Source: a bacterium
GTDB lineage: Bacteria; Myxococcota_A; Bradymonadia; UBA7976; UBA1532
Length of the DNA stretch: 64,000 nt
Direction: 5' to 3'
Assembly (NCBI GenBank): GCA_030426085.1
Contig: JAUHYW010000060.1
Location: 1-64,000, forward strand
Both the position numbers and the translations under genes were made by a program. Each line of letters starts with the position of its first letter. The stretch's first letter is position 1. Below the pieces are notes generated by a model. That model searched no databases and was not told where the DNA came from. It saw only the letters and a list, made by a program, of their open reading frames with translations. Of the stretch, positions 27,436 through 38,628 are shown piece by piece.

Positions 27436-28788
27436 TCAGGGGTTCGGCGGCAGCGCCCCGACGCCGGCCCCGCTGTCGACCACCCGGCACTCGGCGGCCA
27501 GGGTGAACGGGGTGTGCACGAAGGCCATCTGGCACATCTCGTCGTCGGCGGTGAAGCCCCAGTTGACCGTGCGATCGGTCGGGTTGCGGTAGTGGCAGCG
27601 GAACTCGAAGCCGGTGCCGGTGGCGATGGGCAGCGGCGGGTCGAGCTGCATCAGCTCGGGGGCGTGCCAGTCGTCGTTGGCGTAGAGCAGCTCGCCGGTG
27701 CGCTCGCCGTCGAAGCGGTAGATCTCGATGCGCTCGGCCAGCTCGTGGGTGTGGCTCGACAAGAGGATCATCTCGATGTCCCGGGTGAGCACGCAGCGGG
27801 TCCACTCGACCCAGCCCTCGACGCCCGGCGCGAGGTCGATGTCGACGTCGCGCACCGCGCTGCCCCAGATCGAGTCTTCGACGTCGGCGGGATCCATCGT
27901 GTAGGCGTTGATCCGGGACCACACCGGCACCTCGACCGGGGTCGGGTTGACGTAGTGGATCTCGACCATGACCCGCAGCGCGCCGGGCAGGTTGGCCGCC
28001 ACGCCTTCGGGCAGCTCGAGCACCTCCTCCTCGTTCTGGGTGGCGAAGATGAAGATGCCCTCCTCCATCATCGAGGGGTAGGTCTCGTAGAGTTCGTCGC
28101 AGTCGTACATGCCCGGCTCGAGATCGACCCCCGCCAGCAGCCCCAGGGCCATCACGTCCATGTGGTGCACCCCCGGGCTCTGCAAGGCGTGCACCCGGTT
28201 GACCGGGGTGAACGGGCCCGGCGGGGTCGGCAGATCGGCCACCGCGCACTTCCAGATCTCGCCGCCCGCCGGGGCCACCGTGTCGATGCCCATCTGGAAG
28301 CCCTCCGCCAGCGGCGGCGGGGGCAGCTCGTCCGGAGAGCGGGTGCCGGTCACCGTCGCCCCGCCGTCGGGGGCGAGGCCCGGGTCGAAGTCGCCGCCCC
28401 GCAGCGCGCCGGCCGCGATCCAATCCCGCACCCGCCCGATCTGGGCCGACGAGAGCGCGAAGCCCGGCGGCATCTGGCGCACGTCGCCCACCGCCGCCGA
28501 GAGCACCTGCACCAGCAGGCTGCCGTCGGGGTCGCCGGGCATCACCCGGATCCCGTCGGCCAGGGTCGCCGGCTGCTCGACGAGGTGGGCGTAGGCCGCG
28601 TCGGCGGTGGACAGGTCGAGCCCCGCCTTGGGGTTGGGGCCGGCGTGGCACGCCTCGAAGGCGCACGAGACGGCGAACACCTCGGCGTGCACCTGCCCCA
28701 GCCCGAGGCCGGCGGGGGCCGGGTCTTCGTCGGCGTCGCAGCCGAGCGCGAGCAGACAGAGCGATCCGCAGATGACGAGACGGCGCAT
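27436..28788 (-). CDS. Lipoprotein: N-terminal cytochrome-like (PSCyt-like) domain + PHM/DBH-type copper monooxygenase-like domains
   Basis: MRRLVICGSLCLLALGC is a lipobox. VFAVSCAFEACHAGPNPKAGLDLS is Cys/His-containing. SPGVHHMDVM (HH) and SSHTHELAER (HxH) followed by EMCQMAF (Met) resemble the CuH/CuM sites of peptidylglycine monooxygenase-type enzymes. Confidence 0.55.
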   Translation of the reverse strand: MRRLVICGSLCLLALGCDADEDPAPAGLGLGQVHAEVFAVSCAFEACHAGPNPKAGLDLSTADAAYAHLVEQPATLADGIRVMPGDPDGSLLVQVLSAAVGDVRQMPPGFALSSAQIGRVRDWIAAGALRGGDFDPGLAPDGGATVTGTRSPDELPPPPLAEGFQMGIDTVAPAGGEIWKCAVADLPTPPGPFTPVNRVHALQSPGVHHMDVMALGLLAGVDLEPGMYDCDELYETYPSMMEEGIFIFATQNEEEVLELPEGVAANLPGALRVMVEIHYVNPTPVEVPVWSRINAYTMDPADVEDSIWGSAVRDVDIDLAPGVEGWVEWTRCVLTRDIEMILLSSHTHELAERIEIYRFDGERTGELLYANDDWHAPELMQLDPPLPIATGTGFEFRCHYRNPTDRTVNWGFTADDEMCQMAFVHTPFTLAAECRVVDSGAGVGALPPNP

Positions 28789-28892
28789 GGCGACCTCCGG
28801 GCGGTGAAGCGCGCGTCGGCAATCTACCGGAACCCGGCCCGACGACACAGGCGCGTGACCCGCGGGGGCCCGGTGGGCCATACTCCCGGGCC

Positions 28893-31010
<2,118 letters not shown>

Positions 31011-31105
31011 GGGGCGACGGGCGGCCGCAGCCGCAGGGCGGCGTTGCGTCGGCCGGAGATCTCCGGTAACTCAACCCGTTCGCCCCGACGACCACGAGGC
31101 CGCCC

Positions 31106-34100
31106 ATGTCCGAGTCCGCGTTCGAGCCCGTCAGCCCCCAGGTGCACTTCCCCGACGTCGAGCAGCAGATCCTCGACCTGTGGGCCCGCATCGACGCCTT
31201 CGCCCGCAGCGTCGCCGACCGGCCCGACGACGCGCGCTACGTCTTCTACGACGGCCCGCCGTTCGCCACCGGGCTGCCCCACTACGGGCACCTCGTCGCC
31301 TCGACCCTCAAGGACATCGTGCCCCGCTACTGGACCATGCGCGGGCACCGGGTCGAGCGCCGCTTCGGCTGGGACACCCACGGCCTGCCCATCGAGATGG
31401 AGATGGAGAAGACGCTCGGCCTCTCGGGGCCGACCGCCATCCGCGAGTACGGGGTCGGAGACTTCAACGAGGCCTGCCGCGACAACGTGCTGCGCTACAC
31501 CGAGGAGTGGGAGAAGGTCGTCGGCCGCCTCGGCCGGTGGGTCGACTTCCGCGACGACTACAAGACCATGGACCTGTCGTTCATGGAGTCGGTGTGGTGG
31601 GTCTTCGAGCAGCTCTGGCAGAAGGGGCTGGTCTACGAGGACTTCCGGGTCATGCCGTTCTCGTGGCGGCTGTCGACCTCGCTGTCGAACTTCGAGGCCA
31701 ACCTCGACTACCGCGTGGTGCAGGATCCGGCGATCACGGTGACCGCGCCGCTGCTCGACGAGCCGGGCACCGCGCTGCTCCTGTGGACGACGACCCCCTG
31801 GACGCTGCCCTCGAATCTGGCCGCGGCGGTGGGCGACGAGGTGGAGTACGTCAAGGCGCAGCGGCCGGGCGACGAGACGGTCTACATCATCGCGAAGGCC
31901 CGGGTGAAGGCGATCCTGGGCAAGAAGGCCACCGTGCTCGAGCCGGTCGCTGTCGACGACCTCGTCGGCCGGCGGTACGCGCCGCTCTTCCCCTACTTCG
32001 AGGGGCACCCCAACGCGTTCCAGGTCATCCGGGCGGACCACGTCACCACCGAGGACGGCACCGGGCTGGTGCACATGGCGCCGGACTATGGTGAAGACGA
32101 CTTCGCCGCGTGCAAGGCGGTGGGCATCGAGGTGGTGCTCAGCGTCGACGACGAGGGGCGGTTCGAGCCGTCGATCACCGACTTCGCCGGGCGCAACATC
32201 AAAGAGGCCGACCCGGACATCATCAAGCACCTCAAGGACGCCGGGCGCCTGCTGCGGCACGACACCATCGACCACAGCTACCCCTTCTGCTGGCGCAGCG
32301 GCACCCCGCTCATCTACAAGGCGGTGCCGGCCCGCTTCGTGCGGGTCGAGGCCCTGCGCGAGCGCATGCAGGCCAACAACGAGCAGATCCACTGGGTGCC
32401 CGAGGCGGTCGGCAGCAAGCGCTTCGGCAACTGGCTGGCCGACGCCCGCGACTGGAACATCAGCCGCAACCGCTTCTGGGGCACCCCGATCCCGATCTGG
32501 CGCTGCGAGGCCTGCGGCGACGAGGTGTGCTATGGCAGCATCGCCGCGCTCTCCGACGCCACCGGCGCCGAGATCGACGACCTGCACCCCCATCGCATCG
32601 ACCACCTGACGGTGCCGTGTGATGCCTGTGACGGTGGCACCCGCCGTCGCATCCCGGATGTCTTCGACTGCTGGTTCGAGTCCGGCTCGATGCCATACGC
32701 GCAGGACCATTATCCCTTCGAAGGCAAGGACGCGTTCGAAGACAACTTCCCGGCGCAGTTCATCGCCGAGGGCCTCGATCAGACCCGGGGCTGGTTCTAC
32801 ACCCTGCTGGTGCTGTCGACCGCGCTCTTCGACCGCCCGCCGTTCCGCAATGTCATCGTCAATGGCATGGTGCTGGCGGAAGACGGCTCGAAGATGAGCA
32901 AGAGCAAGAAGAACTACCCCCCGCCGGATGCCATCTTCGAGCAGTACGGGGCCGACGCGCTGCGGGCGTACCTCATCGACTCGCCCATCGTGCGGGCCGA
33001 GCCGCTGAAGTTCAGCGAGGCCGGGGTGCGCGAGGTGGTGCGCACGGTGCTCATCCCGCTGCGCAACGCGTGGTCGTTCTTGGTGCAGTACGCCAACATC
33101 GACGGGTGGCACCCCCGGCATGGCATCGACGACATGCCGCCCCCGCCGGTCACCGAGCGCCCCGAGCTGGATCGCTGGTTGCTGAGCGTTCAGCAGTCGC
33201 TGGTCGCCGAGGTCAACACCCAGATGGAGGGCTACTACCTCTATCGGGTCATCCCGCCGGTACTCGGCTTCATCGACGACCTCACCAACTGGTACATCCG
33301 CCGCAGCCGGCGCCGCTTCTGGCGGGCGGCGGGCGACGCCGAGGGGCGGGCCGACAAGAACGCGGCCTACGCCACGCTCTACGAGGCGCTGGTGACCTTC
33401 GCCAAGGTGCTCGCGCCCATCCTGCCGTTCATCACCGAGTCGCTGTACCAGAACCTCGTCGTCGACACCGGCTGCGCCGCCGAGGGCCGGGACAGCGTGC
33501 ACCTGTGCGACTACCCCGAGGTCGACGCGGCGCTCATCGACGCCGACCTCGAGCGGCAGATCGCCGAGGTGCGCCGGATCACGGCCCTGGGCCGGGCCCT
33601 GCGCGAGCGGCATCAGCTCAAGGTGCGCCAGCCCCTGCGCCGGCTGACGGTGGTGCACCACGACCCGGCGGTGCTCGCGGCGGCCGAGGCCCACGCCGAT
33701 CTGCTCGGCGAGGAGCTCAACTTCAAGCAGCTCGTGCTGCGGCGCCACGACGATGAGCTGGCGACGCTGTCGTTCAAGGCCAACTACCGCAACCTCGGCC
33801 GGCGGCTGGGCAAGCAGATGAAGGTGGCCGCGGCGACCATCGGCGGGTGGGGTCAGGCCGAGTGGGCCACCCTGCGCGACGGGGGCACGATCGAGGTCTG
33901 CGGGGCCGCGGTCGGCATGGACGACGTGATCCTGCACCGCGAGCCGCGGGAGGGGGTGGTCATCGAGGTCGACGGCGGGCTGACGGTCGCGCTCGACACC
34001 GAGCTGGACGACGCCCTGCTCGAGGAGGGGCTGGCCCGGGAGATCGTCAGCCGCTTGCAGCGGCTGCGCAAGGAGAGCGGGCTCGAGGTCACCGATCGGG

Positions 34101-34285
34101 TCGACCTGCACCTGTACAGCGCGTCGGATGCGCTGCTGCGGGCCTGGCTCAACAACGCCCACTGGACCGGGGTCGAGGTGCTGGCCCACAAGGTCGCGGT
34201 CTCTCCGGGGCGGAGCGGCGGGCAGCACGTCTTCGACATCGACGGCCACACGCTGGAGGTGACGCTGCGCAAGGCCGAGGGCTGA
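31106..34285 (+). CDS. ileS: Isoleucine--tRNA ligase
   Basis: 1059 aa. HYGH and KMSKS motifs. Full-length class-I aaRS. Confidence 0.95.
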   Translation: MSESAFEPVSPQVHFPDVEQQILDLWARIDAFARSVADRPDDARYVFYDGPPFATGLPHYGHLVASTLKDIVPRYWTMRGHRVERRFGWDTHGLPIEMEMEKTLGLSGPTAIREYGVGDFNEACRDNVLRYTEEWEKVVGRLGRWVDFRDDYKTMDLSFMESVWWVFEQLWQKGLVYEDFRVMPFSWRLSTSLSNFEANLDYRVVQDPAITVTAPLLDEPGTALLLWTTTPWTLPSNLAAAVGDEVEYVKAQRPGDETVYIIAKARVKAILGKKATVLEPVAVDDLVGRRYAPLFPYFEGHPNAFQVIRADHVTTEDGTGLVHMAPDYGEDDFAACKAVGIEVVLSVDDEGRFEPSITDFAGRNIKEADPDIIKHLKDAGRLLRHDTIDHSYPFCWRSGTPLIYKAVPARFVRVEALRERMQANNEQIHWVPEAVGSKRFGNWLADARDWNISRNRFWGTPIPIWRCEACGDEVCYGSIAALSDATGAEIDDLHPHRIDHLTVPCDACDGGTRRRIPDVFDCWFESGSMPYAQDHYPFEGKDAFEDNFPAQFIAEGLDQTRGWFYTLLVLSTALFDRPPFRNVIVNGMVLAEDGSKMSKSKKNYPPPDAIFEQYGADALRAYLIDSPIVRAEPLKFSEAGVREVVRTVLIPLRNAWSFLVQYANIDGWHPRHGIDDMPPPPVTERPELDRWLLSVQQSLVAEVNTQMEGYYLYRVIPPVLGFIDDLTNWYIRRSRRRFWRAAGDAEGRADKNAAYATLYEALVTFAKVLAPILPFITESLYQNLVVDTGCAAEGRDSVHLCDYPEVDAALIDADLERQIAEVRRITALGRALRERHQLKVRQPLRRLTVVHHDPAVLAAAEAHADLLGEELNFKQLVLRRHDDELATLSFKANYRNLGRRLGKQMKVAAATIGGWGQAEWATLRDGGTIEVCGAAVGMDDVILHREPREGVVIEVDGGLTVALDTELDDALLEEGLAREIVSRLQRLRKESGLEVTDRVDLHLYSASDALLRAWLNNAHWTGVEVLAHKVAVSPGRSGGQHVFDIDGHTLEVTLRKAEG

Positions 34286-34311
34286 GGCGGCGCGAGACGA
34301 AAGGGGGGAGC

Positions 34312-35316
34312 ATGACGCGAGCAGTGACGCTGCTGGCCGCGGTCGCCGCGCTGGCGCTCGGGGGCTGTGACGACGAGCCGGCGGACGGCGCCGCCGATGT
34401 CGGCGGGGTGATGGACGCCGGGGGCGAGGGCGAGGGGGAAGGTGAGGGCGAGGGCGAAGGGGAAGGTGAGGGCGAAGGGGAAGGTGAGGGCGAGGGCGAG
34501 GGCGAAGGCGAGGGTGAGGGCGAAGGGGAAGGTGAGGGCGAAGGGGAAGGCGAGGGTGAGGGTGAGGGTGAGGGGGAAGGCGAGGGCGAGGGGGAAGGTG
34601 AGGGTGAGGGCGAGGGCGAGTCGGTGGGCCGGGATGGCCTCTTCGGCTCCGACGTCGAGACCTTCACCGTCGAGGTGGACTACGCCGTCGGCGCCGCCCC
34701 CGAGACCCGCCGCGAGGGCCTGCTGAACAACCGCAGCCCGTGGACCCTGTTCGAGACCAACGCCCTGGCGCTCTTCGGCGACGACCCGCCGATGCTCATC
34801 GTGCCCCGCGAGCTGGACGAGATGGAGGCGCTGCCGGCCGACGCCGCGCCGCTCGACGACTACCGCGGCCGCGAGATCCTGGACCTCGCCGAGGTCTACC
34901 GCGACACCCCGTCCCGCCCCGCCGAGCGCAGCGTCTACGTGATCTGGCTCAACGGCTACTACGAGGACGACAGCGGCCGGCGGGACACGGTGCTGGGCGT
35001 CTCGCTGGGCGATTCGGGGGTCATCGCCATGTTCAAGCCGGTGCTCGAGCGGGTGAGCAACACCCCCATCGCCGAGCAGACGACGCTGGTGCACGAGTTC
35101 GGCCACGCCGCGGGGCTGGTGAACAACGGGCTGGAGCAGGTCGAGGACCACCACGACAGCGAGCACGGGGCCCACTGCAGCAACGAGGACTGCGTGATGT
35201 TCTGGCTCGTCGAGAGCGCCGCCGGGCTGGGGGACTTCCTCGGGCTGCTCGGCGGCGGCGACGACCCGGTGCTCTTCGGGCCCGAGTGCCTCGACGACGC
35301 CCGGGCGGCCGAGTGA
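34312..35316 (+). CDS. Lipoprotein zinc metalloprotease-like (HExxH) with (GE)n acidic linker
   Basis: LALGGC lipobox, ~33 x Gly-Glu, then a domain with VHEFGHAAGL...EDHHDSEHGAHCSNEDC. RBS aaagggggga upstream. Confidence 0.6.
   Translation: MTRAVTLLAAVAALALGGCDDEPADGAADVGGVMDAGGEGEGEGEGEGEGEGEGEGEGEGEGEGEGEGEGEGEGEGEGEGEGEGEGEGEGEGEGEGEGEGEGESVGRDGLFGSDVETFTVEVDYAVGAAPETRREGLLNNRSPWTLFETNALALFGDDPPMLIVPRELDEMEALPADAAPLDDYRGREILDLAEVYRDTPSRPAERSVYVIWLNGYYEDDSGRRDTVLGVSLGDSGVIAMFKPVLERVSNTPIAEQTTLVHEFGHAAGLVNNGLEQVEDHHDSEHGAHCSNEDCVMFWLVESAAGLGDFLGLLGGGDDPVLFGPECLDDARAAE
34422..34620 (+). repeat. In-frame hexanucleotide (ggcgag/ggtgag/ggggaa)n repeat encoding (Gly-Glu)~33
   Basis: Seen in sequence, inside CDS 34312..35316. 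Confidence 0.8.
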
Positions 35317-36137
35317 TGGGGGCCGCGACGCGCCGCGGGCGCCGGACGACGCCGGCTCTGCTCACGCTGGCCCTGCTCGCGCTGGCTCCCCCGGCCTGCG
35401 ACGACGAGGGCCCGGGCGGCGGCGGCGACGCGGGCCCCGTCGGGCGGGCGGGGCTCTTCACCGCTGCGGTCGAGTCGCTGACGATCGAGGTGGACTACGC
35501 GCCCGGCGCCGCCCCCGAGGTGCGCTACGGCGGGCTGCTGGCCGGCGACCGCAGCCCGTGGGACATCTTCGAGGCCAACGTCGACGCGCTCTACGACGGC
35601 GCCCCGCCGACGCTGATCCTGCCCCGGGCGCTGGACGCCATGCAGGCCCTGCCCGACGACCTCGGCGGCCCGGACTACACCGGCGACGCCATCACAGCCC
35701 TGGCCGATCGCTTCCGGGACACCCCGTCGACCTCCGCCGACCGCAGCGTGTACGTCATCTGGCTCGACGGCTACTACGCCGACGACTCGGGGCGCCGGGA
35801 CACGGTGCTGGGGGTGTCGCTGGGCGATACCGGGGTCATCGCGATGTTCAAGCCGGTCATCGCGAGCGCGGGGCAGGTGGCTCGGGTCGAGCAGACGACG
35901 CTGGTGCACGAGTTCGGCCACGCCGCCGGGCTGGTGAACAACGGGCTGGCCCAGGTCGAGGACCACCACGACGCCGAGCACGGGGCCCACTGCAGCAACG
36001 AGGACTGCGTGATGTACTGGGCCATCGAGACCGTCGGCGGGGTGCGCGACTTCGTCGGCGCGCTGCTCGGGGGCGACGACCCCCGGGTGCTGTTCGGGCC
36101 GGAGTGCCTGGCCGACGCCCACGCCGCCGGAGGTTGA
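35316..36137 (+). CDS. Paralogous lipoprotein zinc metalloprotease-like (HExxH), no GE linker
   Basis: TGATG overlap with the upstream paralog. ~75% identical catalytic region (VHEFGHAAGLVNNGLAQVEDHHDAEHGAHCSNEDC). Confidence 0.6.
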   Translation: MGAATRRGRRTTPALLTLALLALAPPACDDEGPGGGGDAGPVGRAGLFTAAVESLTIEVDYAPGAAPEVRYGGLLAGDRSPWDIFEANVDALYDGAPPTLILPRALDAMQALPDDLGGPDYTGDAITALADRFRDTPSTSADRSVYVIWLDGYYADDSGRRDTVLGVSLGDTGVIAMFKPVIASAGQVARVEQTTLVHEFGHAAGLVNNGLAQVEDHHDAEHGAHCSNEDCVMYWAIETVGGVRDFVGALLGGDDPRVLFGPECLADAHAAGG

Positions 36138-36158
36138 CGGCGGCGCCGCGGCGCGGCC

Positions 36159-37253
36159 TCACGCCGCCTGTGGCTCGGGCCCCACGTAATGCGCCCGGGG
36201 GCGGATCAGCCGCGCCTCGCGGCGCTGCTCGAGGACGTGCCCCAGCCAGCCCACCACCCGACCGCAGGCGAAAAGCGGGGTGAAGTCGCGGCGGTCGATG
36301 CCGATCGCGTCGAGGATGACCGCGGTCATGAACTCCACGTTGGCCGCCAGCGCCCGATCTGGATGGCGGGCCTTCAACAGCGCGGTCGCCTCGGCCTCGA
36401 CGGCCGCCGCCAGCGCCAGCCGATCGCGCGCCCGCCCGGCCTCGGCCAGCTTCGCGACCCCCGCCTCGAGCACCGCCGCCCGGGGGTCGCGCACCCGGTA
36501 GACCCGGTGGCCCATACCCATGATGCGCCGGCCGGCGGCCAGCTCGGCCTCCAGCCACGCCCGGGCCCGCGCCCGATCGGGCGACCCGATCGCGTCGAGC
36601 ATGTCGAGCACCGGCCCCGGCGCGCCCCCGTGCAGCGGGCCCTTGAGCGCGCCGAGCGCCGCGACCACCGCCGAGACCGCGTCCGATCCGGTCGAGGTCA
36701 CCACCCGGGCGGTGAAGGTCGAGGCGTTCATGCCGTGGTCGACCACCGTCACCAGATAACGCCGCAGCGCGTCGGCCGACGTCTCGTCGGCTCGACCGGT
36801 GAACAGCCGCAGCAGATCGGCGGCGTGCGGCGCGGCCGGGTCAGGGACCAGCGGCTCGAGGCCGCGGCGCAGCCGGGACTGCGCCGCGGCGAAGACCGCG
36901 ACCGCCCCGGCGATCGTGGGCAGCTCGGCCTCGGCCGCGTCCGGCGCCCCGCCGTCCAGGTGCCCGACGGCGGCCCGCAGCGCGTCCATGCCGTCCGCCG
37001 CCCGCAGCGCGTCGCCCAGCGCGGGCAGCATCTCGTGGGCCGCAGCCCGGGCCGCGCCCAGCCGGTGCTCGATGGCCGGCCCCGCGCCGCGGTCGCCGCG
37101 CCACATCAACCCGCACACCTCACCGAGAGACGCCGCCTCGGCGAGCGCCTCCACCCGGTGCCCGCGCAGCACCAGCGCGCCCGCGTCGCCGTCCACCCGG
37201 CTCAGCGTCGTCTCGGTGACGACGATCCCCTGCAATCCGCTCGCGATCTTCAT
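36159..37253 (-). CDS. Citrate synthase (short, CitA/archaeal-type) family protein
   Basis: GPLHGGA, GMGHRVYRVRDPR and DPNVEF-type motifs. ATG at 37253 with GGAGG RBS. The track ORF extends to a GTG at 37280. Confidence 0.8.
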   Translation of the reverse strand: MKIASGLQGIVVTETTLSRVDGDAGALVLRGHRVEALAEAASLGEVCGLMWRGDRGAGPAIEHRLGAARAAAHEMLPALGDALRAADGMDALRAAVGHLDGGAPDAAEAELPTIAGAVAVFAAAQSRLRRGLEPLVPDPAAPHAADLLRLFTGRADETSADALRRYLVTVVDHGMNASTFTARVVTSTGSDAVSAVVAALGALKGPLHGGAPGPVLDMLDAIGSPDRARARAWLEAELAAGRRIMGMGHRVYRVRDPRAAVLEAGVAKLAEAGRARDRLALAAAVEAEATALLKARHPDRALAANVEFMTAVILDAIGIDRRDFTPLFACGRVVGWLGHVLEQRREARLIRPRAHYVGPEPQAA

Positions 37254-37300
37254 GACGGCCTCCAACGTGACGCTGGACACCGTAGCGGGGGCTCTATAGA

Positions 37301-37326
37301 TTGATCAACGTTGATTCAACAATCAA
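37301..37326. promoter_or_regulatory. AT-rich palindromic operator candidate (ttgatcaacgttgattcaacaatcaa) in a divergent intergenic region
   Basis: Contains the perfect palindrome TTGATCAA plus overlapping TTGATTCAA/TTGAATCAA half-sites. It is the only AT-rich patch for kilobases, between two divergent citrate-synthase-family genes. Confidence 0.4.
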
Positions 37327-37344
37327 CCCGAAGAGGGGGATCCG

Positions 37345-38517
37345 ATGGCCGAGACGATCGACGCCCGACAGGCTGCCCGGCTGCTGGGGGTGCAGGTGCG
37401 CACGCTCTACGCCTACGTGAGCCGGGGGCGGCTGGAGAGCCTGCCCGGTCCGGGGCGGGCGAAGCGCTATCGGCGGGCCGACATCGAGCGTCTGCGGCGC
37501 AACCGGGAGGGGGTCGACGCCGCGTTGAGCTGGGGGCAGCCGGTGCTCGAGTCGGCGATCACCGAGATCACCGCCGAGGGCCCGGTCTACCGGGGGCACC
37601 CGGCGATCGGGCTGGCCGAGCGGGGGGCGGCTTTCGAGGCGGTGGCCGAGCTGCTGTGGACCGGCGCGCAGCCGGCGGGGCGGCCGTCCTGGGTCGCGGG
37701 CGCCGAGCCGTCGACGCCGCCGCTCCCGCCCGACGCCGATCCCCTCGCCCGGCTGGCGCTGCTGGTGCCGTGGATGGCGGTGCACGACCCGGGGCGCTTC
37801 AACCGGCGGCCGGCGGCGGTGATCGATCGGGCGCGGCGCGTCATCCGGCGCATGGCCCACGCCCTGGGCCCGCCGGAGCGCCCGACGCCCGGGGCGGGGA
37901 CGGTCGCCGAGCGCCTGGCGGTCGGGTGGGCCGGCCGCCCCGAGGCCGCGGCGGCGCTGGACGCGGCGTTGATCCTGTGGGCCGACCACGAGCTGAACGT
38001 GTCGTCGTTCGCCGCGCGGGTGACGGCCTCGGCTCAGGCCGATGTCTACGCCTGCGTCTCGGCCGGTCTGGCGGCGCTCAGCGGGCCGCGCCACGGCACC
38101 CACTGCGAGCGGGTGGGCGCGCTGGTGGCCGAGATCGGCCGCCCCGAGCGGGCCGAGGCGGTGGTGCACGCCCGCATCCGCCGGGGCGAGGCGCTGCCCG
38201 GCTTCGGCCACCCGCTGTACCCCGCCGGTGATCCCCGCGCGGCCGCCCTGCTGGGGGTGGCGCGGACGCTGGGCACGCCGCCCCGGGTCGAGGCGGCCCT
38301 GGCGCTCATCGAGGTCGCCGCCCGCGAGCTGGAGGCGGCGCCGAACATCGACCTGGGCCTGATCGCGCTGACCGAGGCCCTGGGGCTGCCCCCCCGGGAG
38401 GCGCCGGGCCTGATCGCGGTCGGGCGGACGGCGGGCTGGGTGGCCCACGCGCTGGAGCAGTACGCATCGGGCGCTCTCATCCGGCCCCGGGCGCGGTTCG
38501 TCGGGGGGAGCGGCTGA
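37345..38517 (+). CDS. Excisionase/MerR-type HTH DNA-binding domain fused to a citrate-synthase-like domain (putative metabolite-sensing transcription factor)
   Basis: N-terminus ARLLGVQVRTLYAYVSRGRLESL is an HTH_17/excisionase-type. Remainder ...LWADHELNVSSFAARV...GPRHGTHCE...GFGHPLYPAGDPRA... is the citrate synthase small/large-domain core. Confidence 0.75.
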   Translation: MAETIDARQAARLLGVQVRTLYAYVSRGRLESLPGPGRAKRYRRADIERLRRNREGVDAALSWGQPVLESAITEITAEGPVYRGHPAIGLAERGAAFEAVAELLWTGAQPAGRPSWVAGAEPSTPPLPPDADPLARLALLVPWMAVHDPGRFNRRPAAVIDRARRVIRRMAHALGPPERPTPGAGTVAERLAVGWAGRPEAAAALDAALILWADHELNVSSFAARVTASAQADVYACVSAGLAALSGPRHGTHCERVGALVAEIGRPERAEAVVHARIRRGEALPGFGHPLYPAGDPRAAALLGVARTLGTPPRVEAALALIEVAARELEAAPNIDLGLIALTEALGLPPREAPGLIAVGRTAGWVAHALEQYASGALIRPRARFVGGSG

Positions 38518-38628
38518 GCGGGGCCGGGCTCGATGGGGCTCGGCGTGGCGTCACATCTGCGAATCAGCGCCCCGCCCCGCCCCGCCTCTTCCGACCGGGT
38601 ATCCGACCGCCGACCGATGGAGCCCGCC

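Noticed and set aside
34422-34620. Hexanucleotide microsatellite as non-coding spacer DNA
   Set aside because: It is in frame within ORF 34312..35316 and encodes (GE)n between a lipobox and a conserved domain, so it is treated as a coding low-complexity linker.
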